DNA of 64,000 nucleotides. It comes from Alphaproteobacteria bacterium (GTDB lineage: Bacteria; Pseudomonadota; Alphaproteobacteria; RF32; CAG-239). The notes under the pieces are model-generated. The model was not told where the DNA came from. It saw only the letters and a program-made list of their open reading frames with translations, and ran no database searches. The stretch is from NCBI GenBank assembly GCA_045603405.1, contig JAZUMA010000032.1:64102-128101 (forward strand). Direction: 5' to 3'. Both the position numbers and the translations under genes were made by a program. Numbering within the stretch: the stretch's first letter is position 1; the number at the start of each line of letters is the position of its first letter. Below, piece after piece: positions 1 to 7,783 of the stretch.

Positions 1-453
1 TGCCATAATCTTAAGAGGATCATCAGCGGTCTTAATCTCAAGTAAAGCTGTTTCAATAGCTGCATAATTAGCAGTAATTTCGTTCCAAATACGAAGTTTA
101 TAATACTCTAAGGGTGAAACTTTATAAGCATATTTATTATTGTGTTCATGCCATTTTTCATGGGAAAAATAAGGAAGTTGCATATGATAACTATTAGCAT
201 TTTCAACATAGTTTCGAACAATTTTACCCGGAATATAATACATGACCGCCGGAGTTCCCATATACAAGGTATCATTTTGAAAGGTAACCACTTGCACAGG
301 AGAAAGCACCATTGGAGCATTATCATTAGACTGCTTAGTTTTACTAATATACACGCCATATGTACCGGCAGCAATACCAACCGCAAGAGCCAAAATACTG
401 ACTGATGTAAGTAGATTTTGTTTAAGTTTTCTATGAACACACTTCTTTTTCAT
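1..453 (-). CDS. hypothetical membrane-anchored protein, partial (3' end runs off the window)
   Basis: Own minus-strand translation from the ATG at 451-453: MKKKCVHRKLKQNLLTSVSILALAVGIAAGTYGVYISK... It stays open to base 1 (151 codons) and has an N-terminal hydrophobic anchor. It is absent from the ORF track because no stop lies in the window. The listed ORFs 108..440 and 142..405 are in other frames. Confidence 0.5.
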   Translation of the reverse strand, partial: MKKKCVHRKLKQNLLTSVSILALAVGIAAGTYGVYISKTKQSNDNAPMVLSPVQVVTFQNDTLYMGTPAVMYYIPGKIVRNYVENANSYHMQLPYFSHEKWHEHNNKYAYKVSPLEYYKLRIWNEITANYAAIETALLEIKTADDPLKIMA

Positions 454-510
454 CTCAACTTCCTACTAGAAAATAATATTATTTTTCAGATTTAAAGTCA
501 AGATAATAAC

Positions 511-546
511 AAAAAAAGAAGCGTAAAAACTTATGCTTCTTTTTTT
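511..546 (-). terminator. intrinsic terminator downstream of proS (bidirectional shape)
   Basis: A 9-bp stem (gaagcgtaa / ttatgcttc) with an aaac loop is flanked by an A-run (511-517) and a T-run (540-546). It lies 20 nt past the proS stop. Confidence 0.6.
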
Positions 547-565
547 ACTGTACATGACTATAAAA

Positions 566-2083
566 TCAATAAGAACGTGCATATATAACATCTAATGTTG
601 CCTTCTTGCCGGAAAGAAGACATTCACCTTCCGTACCGGTTTGGTCAAAAGGAATACAACGGATATTAAGACGCATTTCTTTTAATTTTTCGATAGTATT
701 TTCATCACCACACCATTTACCACGTACAAAAGCAACCTTTTTAGTATTTTCATCAGTTAAAAAGGTATTTGAATTAGCAAAATAAGCTTCAAATTCTGTT
801 TTTGTTTTTATTTCTGTAACAATATTATGTGATAGACGATTTTGGGCAACAGCAAGCATATCCTGTTGAATTTGTTGTAACCTAGAAGAAATAGACGCAA
901 CAAAGGTATTGGAATCTTCAAAATTCTTCCATCCGTCTTGATTAATTTTTATCCTATTTCTATACATAACGGCTTGTTTTTCTAAATCTTTTGCTCCAAC
1001 TTCCACAATAAGCGGTGCACCTTTTCGTGTCCATTCCCACATTTTATCAACCGATTCTTTTAAACGGTTATCTAATTTAACTCGTACACATTCTCCGGCA
1101 AAAGTTTGTTCTTTAAGCAGCGAGCGTAATTTTTCAGTATAAGCCATAATCTCCGTAGCTTTATTCTTATCTTTTAATATAGGGATAATAACTACTTGAT
1201 AAGGTGCTAGTTTAGGAGGAACACACATTCCTTCATCATCAGCATGTGTCATAATCAATCCGCCGATAAGTCGTGTAGAAACACCCCAAGAAGATGTATA
1301 AGCATATTCTTGTTCATTATTGGCATTAACAAACTTAATATCAGCCGATTTTGCAAAATTCTGCCCTAAAAAGTGCGATGTTCCGGCTTGTAAAGCCCGT
1401 CCGTCTTGCATCATTGCTTCAATACAATAGGTGGTAACCGCACCCGGGAATTTATCAAATTCCGGTTTCTTGCCAGAAATTACCGGCATAGCCATATCAT
1501 TAACACATAAATCTTCATACACTTTAAGCATTAACTCGGCCTCTTGCTCAGCTTCTTCAAAGGTTGCATGAGCCGTATGTCCTTCTTGCCAAAGAAATTC
1601 GCGTGTACGCAGAAATAGACGCGGTCTCATCTCCCAGCGTACGACATTTGCCCATTGATTAATTAATACCGGTAAATCGCGATAGGAATGTACCCATTTA
1701 GAAAAAGAGTCGGCAATTATTGTTTCAGAAGTCGGACGAACAATAAGAGGTTCTTCTAGAGGACTGGCCGGCACAAGTTTTCCATCCACTTTGTTTAAAC
1801 GCGAATGTGTGACAACAGCCATTTCTTTGGCAAATCCTTCAACATGATCAGCTTCTTTTTGAAAATAACTCAAAGGAATAAACAACGGAAAATAACAGTT
1901 TTCATGATTTGTTTCTTTAATTTTTTCATCAAGAAGGTGCTGAATACGCTCCCAAATTCCGTACCCCCAAGGTTTAATAACCATACACCCTGGAGAAGAG
2001 GAAACTTCGGCCATATCTGCAACGGCAATGACATTTTGATACCATTCAGGATAATTATTTTTTCTGATATTTTGCAAAGTCAT
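566..2083 (-). CDS. proS: prolyl-tRNA synthetase (archaeal/eukaryote-like class II type)
   Basis: 505 aa. The N-terminus YPEWYQNVIAVADMAE..GCMVIKPWGYGIWERIQ and the class II core motifs are typical of the ProRS type that lacks the bacterial insertion domain. Confidence 0.93.
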   Translation of the reverse strand: MTLQNIRKNNYPEWYQNVIAVADMAEVSSSPGCMVIKPWGYGIWERIQHLLDEKIKETNHENCYFPLFIPLSYFQKEADHVEGFAKEMAVVTHSRLNKVDGKLVPASPLEEPLIVRPTSETIIADSFSKWVHSYRDLPVLINQWANVVRWEMRPRLFLRTREFLWQEGHTAHATFEEAEQEAELMLKVYEDLCVNDMAMPVISGKKPEFDKFPGAVTTYCIEAMMQDGRALQAGTSHFLGQNFAKSADIKFVNANNEQEYAYTSSWGVSTRLIGGLIMTHADDEGMCVPPKLAPYQVVIIPILKDKNKATEIMAYTEKLRSLLKEQTFAGECVRVKLDNRLKESVDKMWEWTRKGAPLIVEVGAKDLEKQAVMYRNRIKINQDGWKNFEDSNTFVASISSRLQQIQQDMLAVAQNRLSHNIVTEIKTKTEFEAYFANSNTFLTDENTKKVAFVRGKWCGDENTIEKLKEMRLNIRCIPFDQTGTEGECLLSGKKATLDVIYARSY

Positions 2084-2240
2084 GTTAAAATGTCCTCTAT
2101 AATTTGAAATAAATCGAGCACCAGTAAATACTAAAAAAGCAGAACTGTCAAGAATATAAGTGTATAAAAAAAAATGTTTCTTTAATTTTTTCTAAACTTA
2201 TGTTACAAAACAACCCGATGTGGATATAGAAGGAAAAAAA

Positions 2241-2621
2241 ATGAAAAAAATTTTTACGGTGATAATGCTCGCTTTAACCTTAATGTTAGGTGGATGTAAT
2301 GAGAAGCAGACAAATAATCGGATATATGTTTTTTATCAACATGGATGTGGGCATTGCGACCATGCACACAACTATATGAAAAGATATTATAGAAATTACG
2401 ATATAAGAGAGTTAAATATACATGAAGGGAATAATATGGGATATTTGCTGCGTTTTGCCAGAAAATATCGTATTCCGGAACAACAGTTGGGAACGCCGTT
2501 AATTGTAATGGGAAAGCATTATATCATGGGGTGGGGCGAAGAACAACAAAGACAGTTTAATCGTTATGCTAAGAATTTTCACCCTCAAAACAAACCAGGC
2601 AACAGAAGAATCAGAAATTAA
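2241..2621 (+). CDS. thioredoxin-fold lipoprotein with CxxC motif
   Basis: MKKIFTVIMLALTLMLGGC is a lipobox signal, followed by the redox motif HGCGHCDHA. A GAAGGA SD lies 6 nt upstream of the ATG at 2241. The GTG start at 2220 in the track is less likely. Confidence 0.6.
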   Translation: MKKIFTVIMLALTLMLGGCNEKQTNNRIYVFYQHGCGHCDHAHNYMKRYYRNYDIRELNIHEGNNMGYLLRFARKYRIPEQQLGTPLIVMGKHYIMGWGEEQQRQFNRYAKNFHPQNKPGNRRIRN

Positions 2622-2767
2622 AAATAAAGAATAATTGATATAAAGATTGCTATAAATGAAATCTTGTGTAAAGAAATAAGTTTTATATTGGAAAATAAAT
2701 GCACAAATATAAAATAAAACCACTTTCGTGAAAACGGAAACAAGGCAATGTAAATTTGGAGACCAAA

Positions 2768-3781
2768 ATGAGTGATAAAGCGATGAAGATTATTTTATCT
2801 GTATTGACAGGGATTCTACTGATATTAATTATAGGCCTATTTGCTTTTAAAGGTGGTGTTACAAAAGCGGATTTAAATAAAATTGCACTACGCATAGGAG
2901 AATTACGCCAGTATAGAACAATGAATCGTGCAGATATGAACACGATGATGGAAAAAGCATTTTCTCGGTTAGGTTATAATGTAGTATCTTCAACAGAAGA
3001 TAATTTGTATCCTTCAGTATCAGAAGATGCAGGTGTTAACGTTTATGTGCGCGGATACAATAAGTTCACGGAATTAAGACCAAACAAAAAAGCGGTAAAT
3101 ATCCTTTATATTCGTGATTTTGATTCGCTGTATCCTGAAGAGCTAGATGCTTTTGATGGTATAGCAACATCGTCTCATGATTTTTATAACTATGTTATGA
3201 GCAGTGGTTATGCTGCAGCATATATACCTGAATTTACGGATCCTGCGGTATTTTATCCGTCAGTACAAGAAAGTCTGACAACTGATTTATTATATGTTGG
3301 GGATAACGATCGATTCAGTCCGGCAATTGATTCTGCTCTAAAAGCAAAATTACCTGTAAGTGTTTATGGTCGCTTTTGGAATGATAATATAGAGAAAGAG
3401 TATATTAAAGGCGAATATATTCATGAAAATGATTTAGGTGCATATTTCTCTTCCGCTAAGATTAATCTAGTCCAGATGAGTGAAACTGAGGCTCGTTTCG
3501 GCATCATCCCTTCTCGAGTTTTCGATATAGCCGCATCGAAAGGTTTTATGATAGCTCCATATAATAAAGAAATAGAAGCCGTCTTTGGTGATGCTATTCC
3601 GATGTTTAACAATGAGCAAGAATTAAAAGCTCTTTATGAAAAATACATCAATGATCCGAAAGCTCGGGCAGAAAAAGCAGAAAAAGCATATAGGATTACT
3701 GTGGCAGAATATAATATGGATGCTTTTGCTCAGCGTTTAAATGGGTTAATTGAATTTTTGATTAATGAGAAAAAACTCTAA
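2768..3781 (+). CDS. membrane-anchored CgeB-like glycosyltransferase-domain protein
   Basis: It has an N-terminal TM helix. The C-terminal segment FDIAASKGFMIAPYNKEIEAVFGD..FNNEQELKALYEKYINDP resembles CgeB/DUF3880-type GT1-like domains. A GGAG SD lies 6 nt before the ATG at 2768. Confidence 0.5.
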   Translation: MSDKAMKIILSVLTGILLILIIGLFAFKGGVTKADLNKIALRIGELRQYRTMNRADMNTMMEKAFSRLGYNVVSSTEDNLYPSVSEDAGVNVYVRGYNKFTELRPNKKAVNILYIRDFDSLYPEELDAFDGIATSSHDFYNYVMSSGYAAAYIPEFTDPAVFYPSVQESLTTDLLYVGDNDRFSPAIDSALKAKLPVSVYGRFWNDNIEKEYIKGEYIHENDLGAYFSSAKINLVQMSETEARFGIIPSRVFDIAASKGFMIAPYNKEIEAVFGDAIPMFNNEQELKALYEKYINDPKARAEKAEKAYRITVAEYNMDAFAQRLNGLIEFLINEKKL

Positions 3782-4270
3782 ATGAAATATTTGACCGGAC
3801 ATAAGGCTTTATTATATCTGGTGTTAATAATAGCGGTAGTGTTGCTTTGCATACTGCCGCTGTTATTTAATAATGAAAATAAGCTATATATATATACTGA
3901 TAAAATACCACAACAATCTTTTCTAAATGAATTAAAGCAAACAGGTTTTAATGTGATGTTAAACAGTCATAATAAACCTAAAGAGGGAAGTGATGCGCTT
4001 TGGCTTTCCGTGCCGCAACAATTAGAAGAAATACAAGATAATAACTTTCGGTTTAATTTTGTGTATACGGAAGATAATTATCCATTTGATTGGCAACAGT
4101 TAAAGATACCGGTTATTATGCTGACGCCACATCAAAAAATATATGAACATTATATGCGCTCAAATGTACCGACGGCCAAATTTAAGCTTACAGATAAAAC
4201 ATCCGCTCAACGTTTCTATGACATATGGAAATGGCTAAATGAAAATAGGCAAACTAATTTTGCTGATTAA
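3782..4270 (+). CDS. hypothetical membrane-anchored protein
   Basis: Its ATG directly follows the upstream stop (taaATG). It has one N-terminal TM helix and no recognisable motif. Confidence 0.4.
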   Translation: MKYLTGHKALLYLVLIIAVVLLCILPLLFNNENKLYIYTDKIPQQSFLNELKQTGFNVMLNSHNKPKEGSDALWLSVPQQLEEIQDNNFRFNFVYTEDNYPFDWQQLKIPVIMLTPHQKIYEHYMRSNVPTAKFKLTDKTSAQRFYDIWKWLNENRQTNFAD

Positions 4271-4949
4271 TAATATCTGCGGCATCCAACATCTCATCAA
4301 TAATCAACTTATGCGCAATTCCTTCGTACTCTAAAGCAGTCCATGCAATATGGTGTTGTTCTAACCATTTTTTTGTAAAATCAAGAGTTTTGTATTGAAC
4401 AGAAATATCGCCAGTACCATGAAACAAATAGACTTCCGGATGAGAAACAATTTCTTTATCGAGTAAATCTTTACCGCAAACAATACCGGCAAAAGGAAAA
4501 ATTCCGCCTATCTCATAACGTCTTGTTAATCCTGTATAAAGAGCCAGCATTGCCCCTTGAGAAAAGCCCATAACATAAGTATTTTTATTTTTAATATGAT
4601 GTTTTCTTTGCAATTGTGTAATAAAACGATTAACTCTTTTTGCAGCTGAACTGATACGAGTACCGGCACGATTATAAATTTCAACAATTTCTTCGGTGGG
4701 TGTTTCAGGCAATCGTCTTCTTTTATCCGGATCAATATCTGTAAGCGGATACCATTGCCTTTTTTCAGGATGTCTTTCACTGGGCATATCAGCTTCCGGC
4801 ATAACAATCAGTGTATTTTCAAGATTTTTTGCTAATATCTCGGCATAAGGATAAACATCATCAGCAAAGCTCGTATAGCCATGCAAAAAGATAATAAGTT
4901 TTTTTACTGCACCTTTTGGCTTAATTTGTTTATAGCAAAATTCTGTCAT
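4254..4949 (-). CDS. phospholipase/carboxylesterase-family alpha/beta hydrolase
   Basis: It has the GFSQGAML nucleophile elbow, a late HG.GD segment and the size typical of the Abhydrolase_2 family. Confidence 0.7.
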   Translation of the reverse strand: MTEFCYKQIKPKGAVKKLIIFLHGYTSFADDVYPYAEILAKNLENTLIVMPEADMPSERHPEKRQWYPLTDIDPDKRRRLPETPTEEIVEIYNRAGTRISSAAKRVNRFITQLQRKHHIKNKNTYVMGFSQGAMLALYTGLTRRYEIGGIFPFAGIVCGKDLLDKEIVSHPEVYLFHGTGDISVQYKTLDFTKKWLEQHHIAWTALEYEGIAHKLIIDEMLDAADIINQQN

Positions 4950-5023
4950 AAATCACCTTCACAAACTTATAGATAAAGATAAAAGATTAAAATATAGCTA
5001 ATAAAAATGAGGTAAAAAAATGG

Positions 5024-5052
5024 TTGACAATTAAAAAAACAAGAACTAAATT
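5024..5052 (+). promoter_or_regulatory. putative sigma70-type promoter of lexA
   Basis: TTGACA (5024-5029), a 17-nt spacer, then TAAATT (5047-5052), about 30 nt upstream of the lexA ATG. Confidence 0.5.
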
Positions 5053-5057
5053 AGAAC
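5043..5057 (+). promoter_or_regulatory. SOS box, direct-repeat type GAAC-N7-GAAC
   Basis: GAACtaaattaGAAC overlaps the -10 element of lexA. This direct-repeat form is the LexA operator described for Rhizobiales/Rhodobacterales, not the palindromic gamma-proteobacterial or Firmicutes box. Confidence 0.7.
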
Positions 5058-5082
5058 AAAATGTGGATGAAAGGGGGACAAA

Positions 5083-5742
5083 ATGTTAACACCAAAGCAA
5101 CTGAATTTGTTAATATATATTGACGAGTTTATTAAGACACATGGTCATTCTCCATCTTTTGAAGAGATGAAAGAAGCCGTAAAGTTGAAATCCAAATCAG
5201 GTATTCATGTGATGCTAAATTCTCTGGAAGAACGTGGTTTTATTCGCAAATTAGCGCATAAAGCTCGTGCTTTGGAAGTTTTAAAAGTGCCATCTCATAC
5301 AGAAAACATACTACCTACACGAGATATTGCTAACGAAAATGCAGAAACAGATTTTTCTTTAATGATTCCTTTATATGGTAAAATTGCCGCCGGTACACCG
5401 ATTGAAGCCATCGCTAATCCGTCAGAATACATTTATATTCCTAAAACTTTTTCGACATCATCGGAACTTTATGCACTAACAATTGAAGGAGAGTCGATGA
5501 TTGAGGCGGGGATTTTTGATGGAGATACGGCAATTATACGTCGTGCAAATAGTGCTGATAATGGGCAGATTGTCGTTGCATTGGTTGACAACGAAGAAGC
5601 GACCTTAAAAGTGCTAAATAAAAAATCCGGCAATGAAGTATGGTTGCTGCCTTGCAATAAAGATTATGCCCCGATTAAATTAACTAAAGATCGCTTGAAA
5701 ATTCAAGGTGTTCTGTATGGAATTGTGCGTAAATATAACTAG
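5083..5742 (+). CDS. lexA: LexA repressor (S24 peptidase)
   Basis: It has an N-terminal winged helix (SPSFEEMKEAV..GIHVMLNSLEERGFI), an AG cleavage site (IAAGTPIEA), and the GESM..DGD and KxL motifs of S24. Confidence 0.95.
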   Translation: MLTPKQLNLLIYIDEFIKTHGHSPSFEEMKEAVKLKSKSGIHVMLNSLEERGFIRKLAHKARALEVLKVPSHTENILPTRDIANENAETDFSLMIPLYGKIAAGTPIEAIANPSEYIYIPKTFSTSSELYALTIEGESMIEAGIFDGDTAIIRRANSADNGQIVVALVDNEEATLKVLNKKSGNEVWLLPCNKDYAPIKLTKDRLKIQGVLYGIVRKYN

Positions 5743-5750
5743 GAGATAAA

Positions 5751-6413
5751 ATGAAAAGAATAGCTATAATAACAGCAATGCAAAGTGAATATGATGCGGT
5801 TAAATCATTATATACATTTATAGAGGATAATAATCATGCTAGAGCTAAAGTAGATGATAAAGAGATATTGTTAATTAAATCCGGAATTGGGAAGGTTAAT
5901 GGTGCACTAGCAGCGCAAGAAGCCTGTCAAAGTGGAGTTGATTTAGTAATAAATACCGGTCTTGCCGGCGGAATAGATAACTGTTTGCAACAAGGTGACA
6001 TTGTGTTAGCAAGCCATGTATGCTATCATGATGTTGATTGTGGAGAAGGCAATGCTTTGGGGCAAGTTCAAAATTTACCATTATACTTTAATTCTCCGCA
6101 AGAAATTTTACAAAAAATATCACAAGCAGCTCCGCATTTTAAACAAGGGTTAATTGTGACCGGTGATCAATTTTTAACAGATATAGTAAGGTTGCAAGAA
6201 ATAAAAAAAGCATTTCCGTCAGCTTTAGCTGTTGATATGGAGAGTGCCGCTATTGCTCAAACATGTTATTTAAATAAAGTAGCCTTTATTTCTTTGCGGA
6301 TAATCAGTGACGTTGTTGGTAAAGAAAATCAAGTAGAACAATATAATAGCTTTTGGCATAATATGCCGCATCAAGCAGCTGAAATGTTAGATACGGCAAT
6401 CAAATCCATATAA
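5751..6413 (+). CDS. mtnN: 5'-methylthioadenosine/S-adenosylhomocysteine nucleosidase
   Basis: MKRIAIITAMQSE.., SGIGKVNGA, and VDMESAAIAQ are Pfs/MtnN hallmarks. Confidence 0.9.
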   Translation: MKRIAIITAMQSEYDAVKSLYTFIEDNNHARAKVDDKEILLIKSGIGKVNGALAAQEACQSGVDLVINTGLAGGIDNCLQQGDIVLASHVCYHDVDCGEGNALGQVQNLPLYFNSPQEILQKISQAAPHFKQGLIVTGDQFLTDIVRLQEIKKAFPSALAVDMESAAIAQTCYLNKVAFISLRIISDVVGKENQVEQYNSFWHNMPHQAAEMLDTAIKSI

Positions 6414-6432
6414 TGCAAAATTTCTTAATATC

Positions 6433-6469
6433 AAAAAATCCCGCAGGAATATTTCTTGCGGGATTTTTT
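6433..6469. terminator. bidirectional intrinsic terminator between convergent mtnN and the DUF805 gene
   Basis: aaaaaatcccgcagg..cttgcgggatttttt: a GC-rich stem flanked by an A-run and a T-run. Confidence 0.7.
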
Positions 6470-6486
6470 ATGAAAAAGGAGTATTA

Positions 6487-7527
6487 TTACAACCCTTGCG
6501 CAGCTTTCATATAACCTGAGATAAGCCCGGCGATGAAAGATATGGTAGAAATAATAACTAAGCACCAAACTGTGTACTTTAATCCGAGCATTTTGTGCCT
6601 TTCATCATTATAGACGACTTTCCCGTACTCATTATCTTTTTCATCACTTTCATAATAAGATACGACAATACCGATTTTAGTGCTATAGTAACAGATGATC
6701 AATATAGTAAAGGCAATTAAAAGACCGCTCAATGAAACATACCAGCTTAAAGAAGAAGGTTCATAATTTTGCTTATCATATGCAACAGCAATGCCACACA
6801 TAATAACAGTAACAATAAAGGCAAATATAGCATAAACCAATGGCCTGTAAAATCCTTTCCATGCAGTATGACCGGTGTCATGAATACGTCTGACGCATAT
6901 AGAAAGTCCAACAAATACGGAAACAATTAAAAAGACAGAAAAATAAAGAATCCCGACTGTTAGTGAAACAAATTCAGACAATAACAGGGCTCCGCCTATG
7001 CCAAAAATTAAAGCGAAGAATAAATTAATCAACGTAAAAGACCAAAACTCATAACGCGAAGTACGTCCTTTATAATTAAAAATATTTTTATATGCACGCG
7101 CCCAAGCTGCCCAAGCACCATCCTTACAACAGCAACATTTAGATTTTGCAGACAAATCTGCTTTAATCTCAGCTAATTTACGAGCAGCGGCTTGTTGGGC
7201 AGAATTTTTAACCGCTAAAACTTCATCTCTTTTAACGGCGGCTTTATTCTCTTTTCTCTCAACCGGAGCAGATGTGGTTTTTACAGCTTTTTTAACGGTT
7301 TTTGCAGCTTTTTTAGAAGCTTTTTTCTCCTCATTATGGGCTTTGATTTCCAAAACCTGTTCAACCGGATTAACATTTTCCTTTATAGGAATTTGTTTAT
7401 CCAATACTTTCTCTTCTACTTTTTTAATAGCAGGTTTCTTTGTTGCTGCCGCCTTAGAAGAAACCTTTTTAGGAGCGGGTTTCTTTACAGCCTTTTTCGG
7501 CTCTTGAACAGATGTTTTGCTAACCAT
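6487..7527 (-). CDS. DUF805-family membrane protein with a long Lys/Ala-rich N-terminal region
   Basis: The DUF805 signatures RYEFWSF and RRIHDTGHTAW are followed by multiple TM helices. The N-terminal ~150 aa are AKK/KKA/KKP repeats, followed by a CCCC run. The start was moved to MVSKTS (7527); the track's extension reads as low-complexity upstream sequence. Confidence 0.7.
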   Translation of the reverse strand: MVSKTSVQEPKKAVKKPAPKKVSSKAAATKKPAIKKVEEKVLDKQIPIKENVNPVEQVLEIKAHNEEKKASKKAAKTVKKAVKTTSAPVERKENKAAVKRDEVLAVKNSAQQAAARKLAEIKADLSAKSKCCCCKDGAWAAWARAYKNIFNYKGRTSRYEFWSFTLINLFFALIFGIGGALLLSEFVSLTVGILYFSVFLIVSVFVGLSICVRRIHDTGHTAWKGFYRPLVYAIFAFIVTVIMCGIAVAYDKQNYEPSSLSWYVSLSGLLIAFTILIICYYSTKIGIVVSYYESDEKDNEYGKVVYNDERHKMLGLKYTVWCLVIISTISFIAGLISGYMKAAQGL

Positions 7528-7620
7528 AATTATCCTCATAAAAAAAATTAACTTCACTATGATGATAATCAAAAAGATGATAATTACAAGAGCTTATCCG
7601 TTTTAAACCACAGTTTTTTC

Positions 7621-7660
7621 AATAAAAACAAAAAATCCCGTCAGTCATAGCGACTGACGG
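7621..7660 (-). terminator. orphan intrinsic-terminator-like hairpin in a divergent intergenic region
   Basis: A perfect 9-bp stem ccgtcagtc/gactgacgg (7638-7660) is followed on the minus strand by a U-tract (the complement of the A-run at 7626-7635). No gene ends here. Confidence 0.4.
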
Positions 7661-7719
7661 AAATATTTTGGCGATTCCGTCAACTAAAATCGTACACGCG
7701 AATATGTCATAAAATTAAA

Positions 7720-7748
7720 TTGACAGAATAGGGCAAAAGTCTTAGTCT
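7720..7748 (+). promoter_or_regulatory. putative pgi promoter
   Basis: TTGACA (7720-7725), a 17-nt spacer, then TAGTCT (7743-7748). Confidence 0.4.
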
Positions 7749-7783
7749 CACACCATTAATAATGATAGATAAGGAGATATATA

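Noticed and set aside
108-440. ORFs 108..440 (-) and 142..405 (+)
   Set aside because: A third frame on the minus strand is open from the ATG at 453 to the window edge and encodes a sensible signal-anchored protein. The listed ORFs are out-of-frame shadows with Cys/Leu/Phe-rich nonsense composition.
7274-7551. Plus-strand ORFs 7274..7507 and 7336..7551
   Set aside because: They are antisense or alternative-frame products of the Lys/Ala repeat DNA of the DUF805 gene, that is, low-complexity artefacts.
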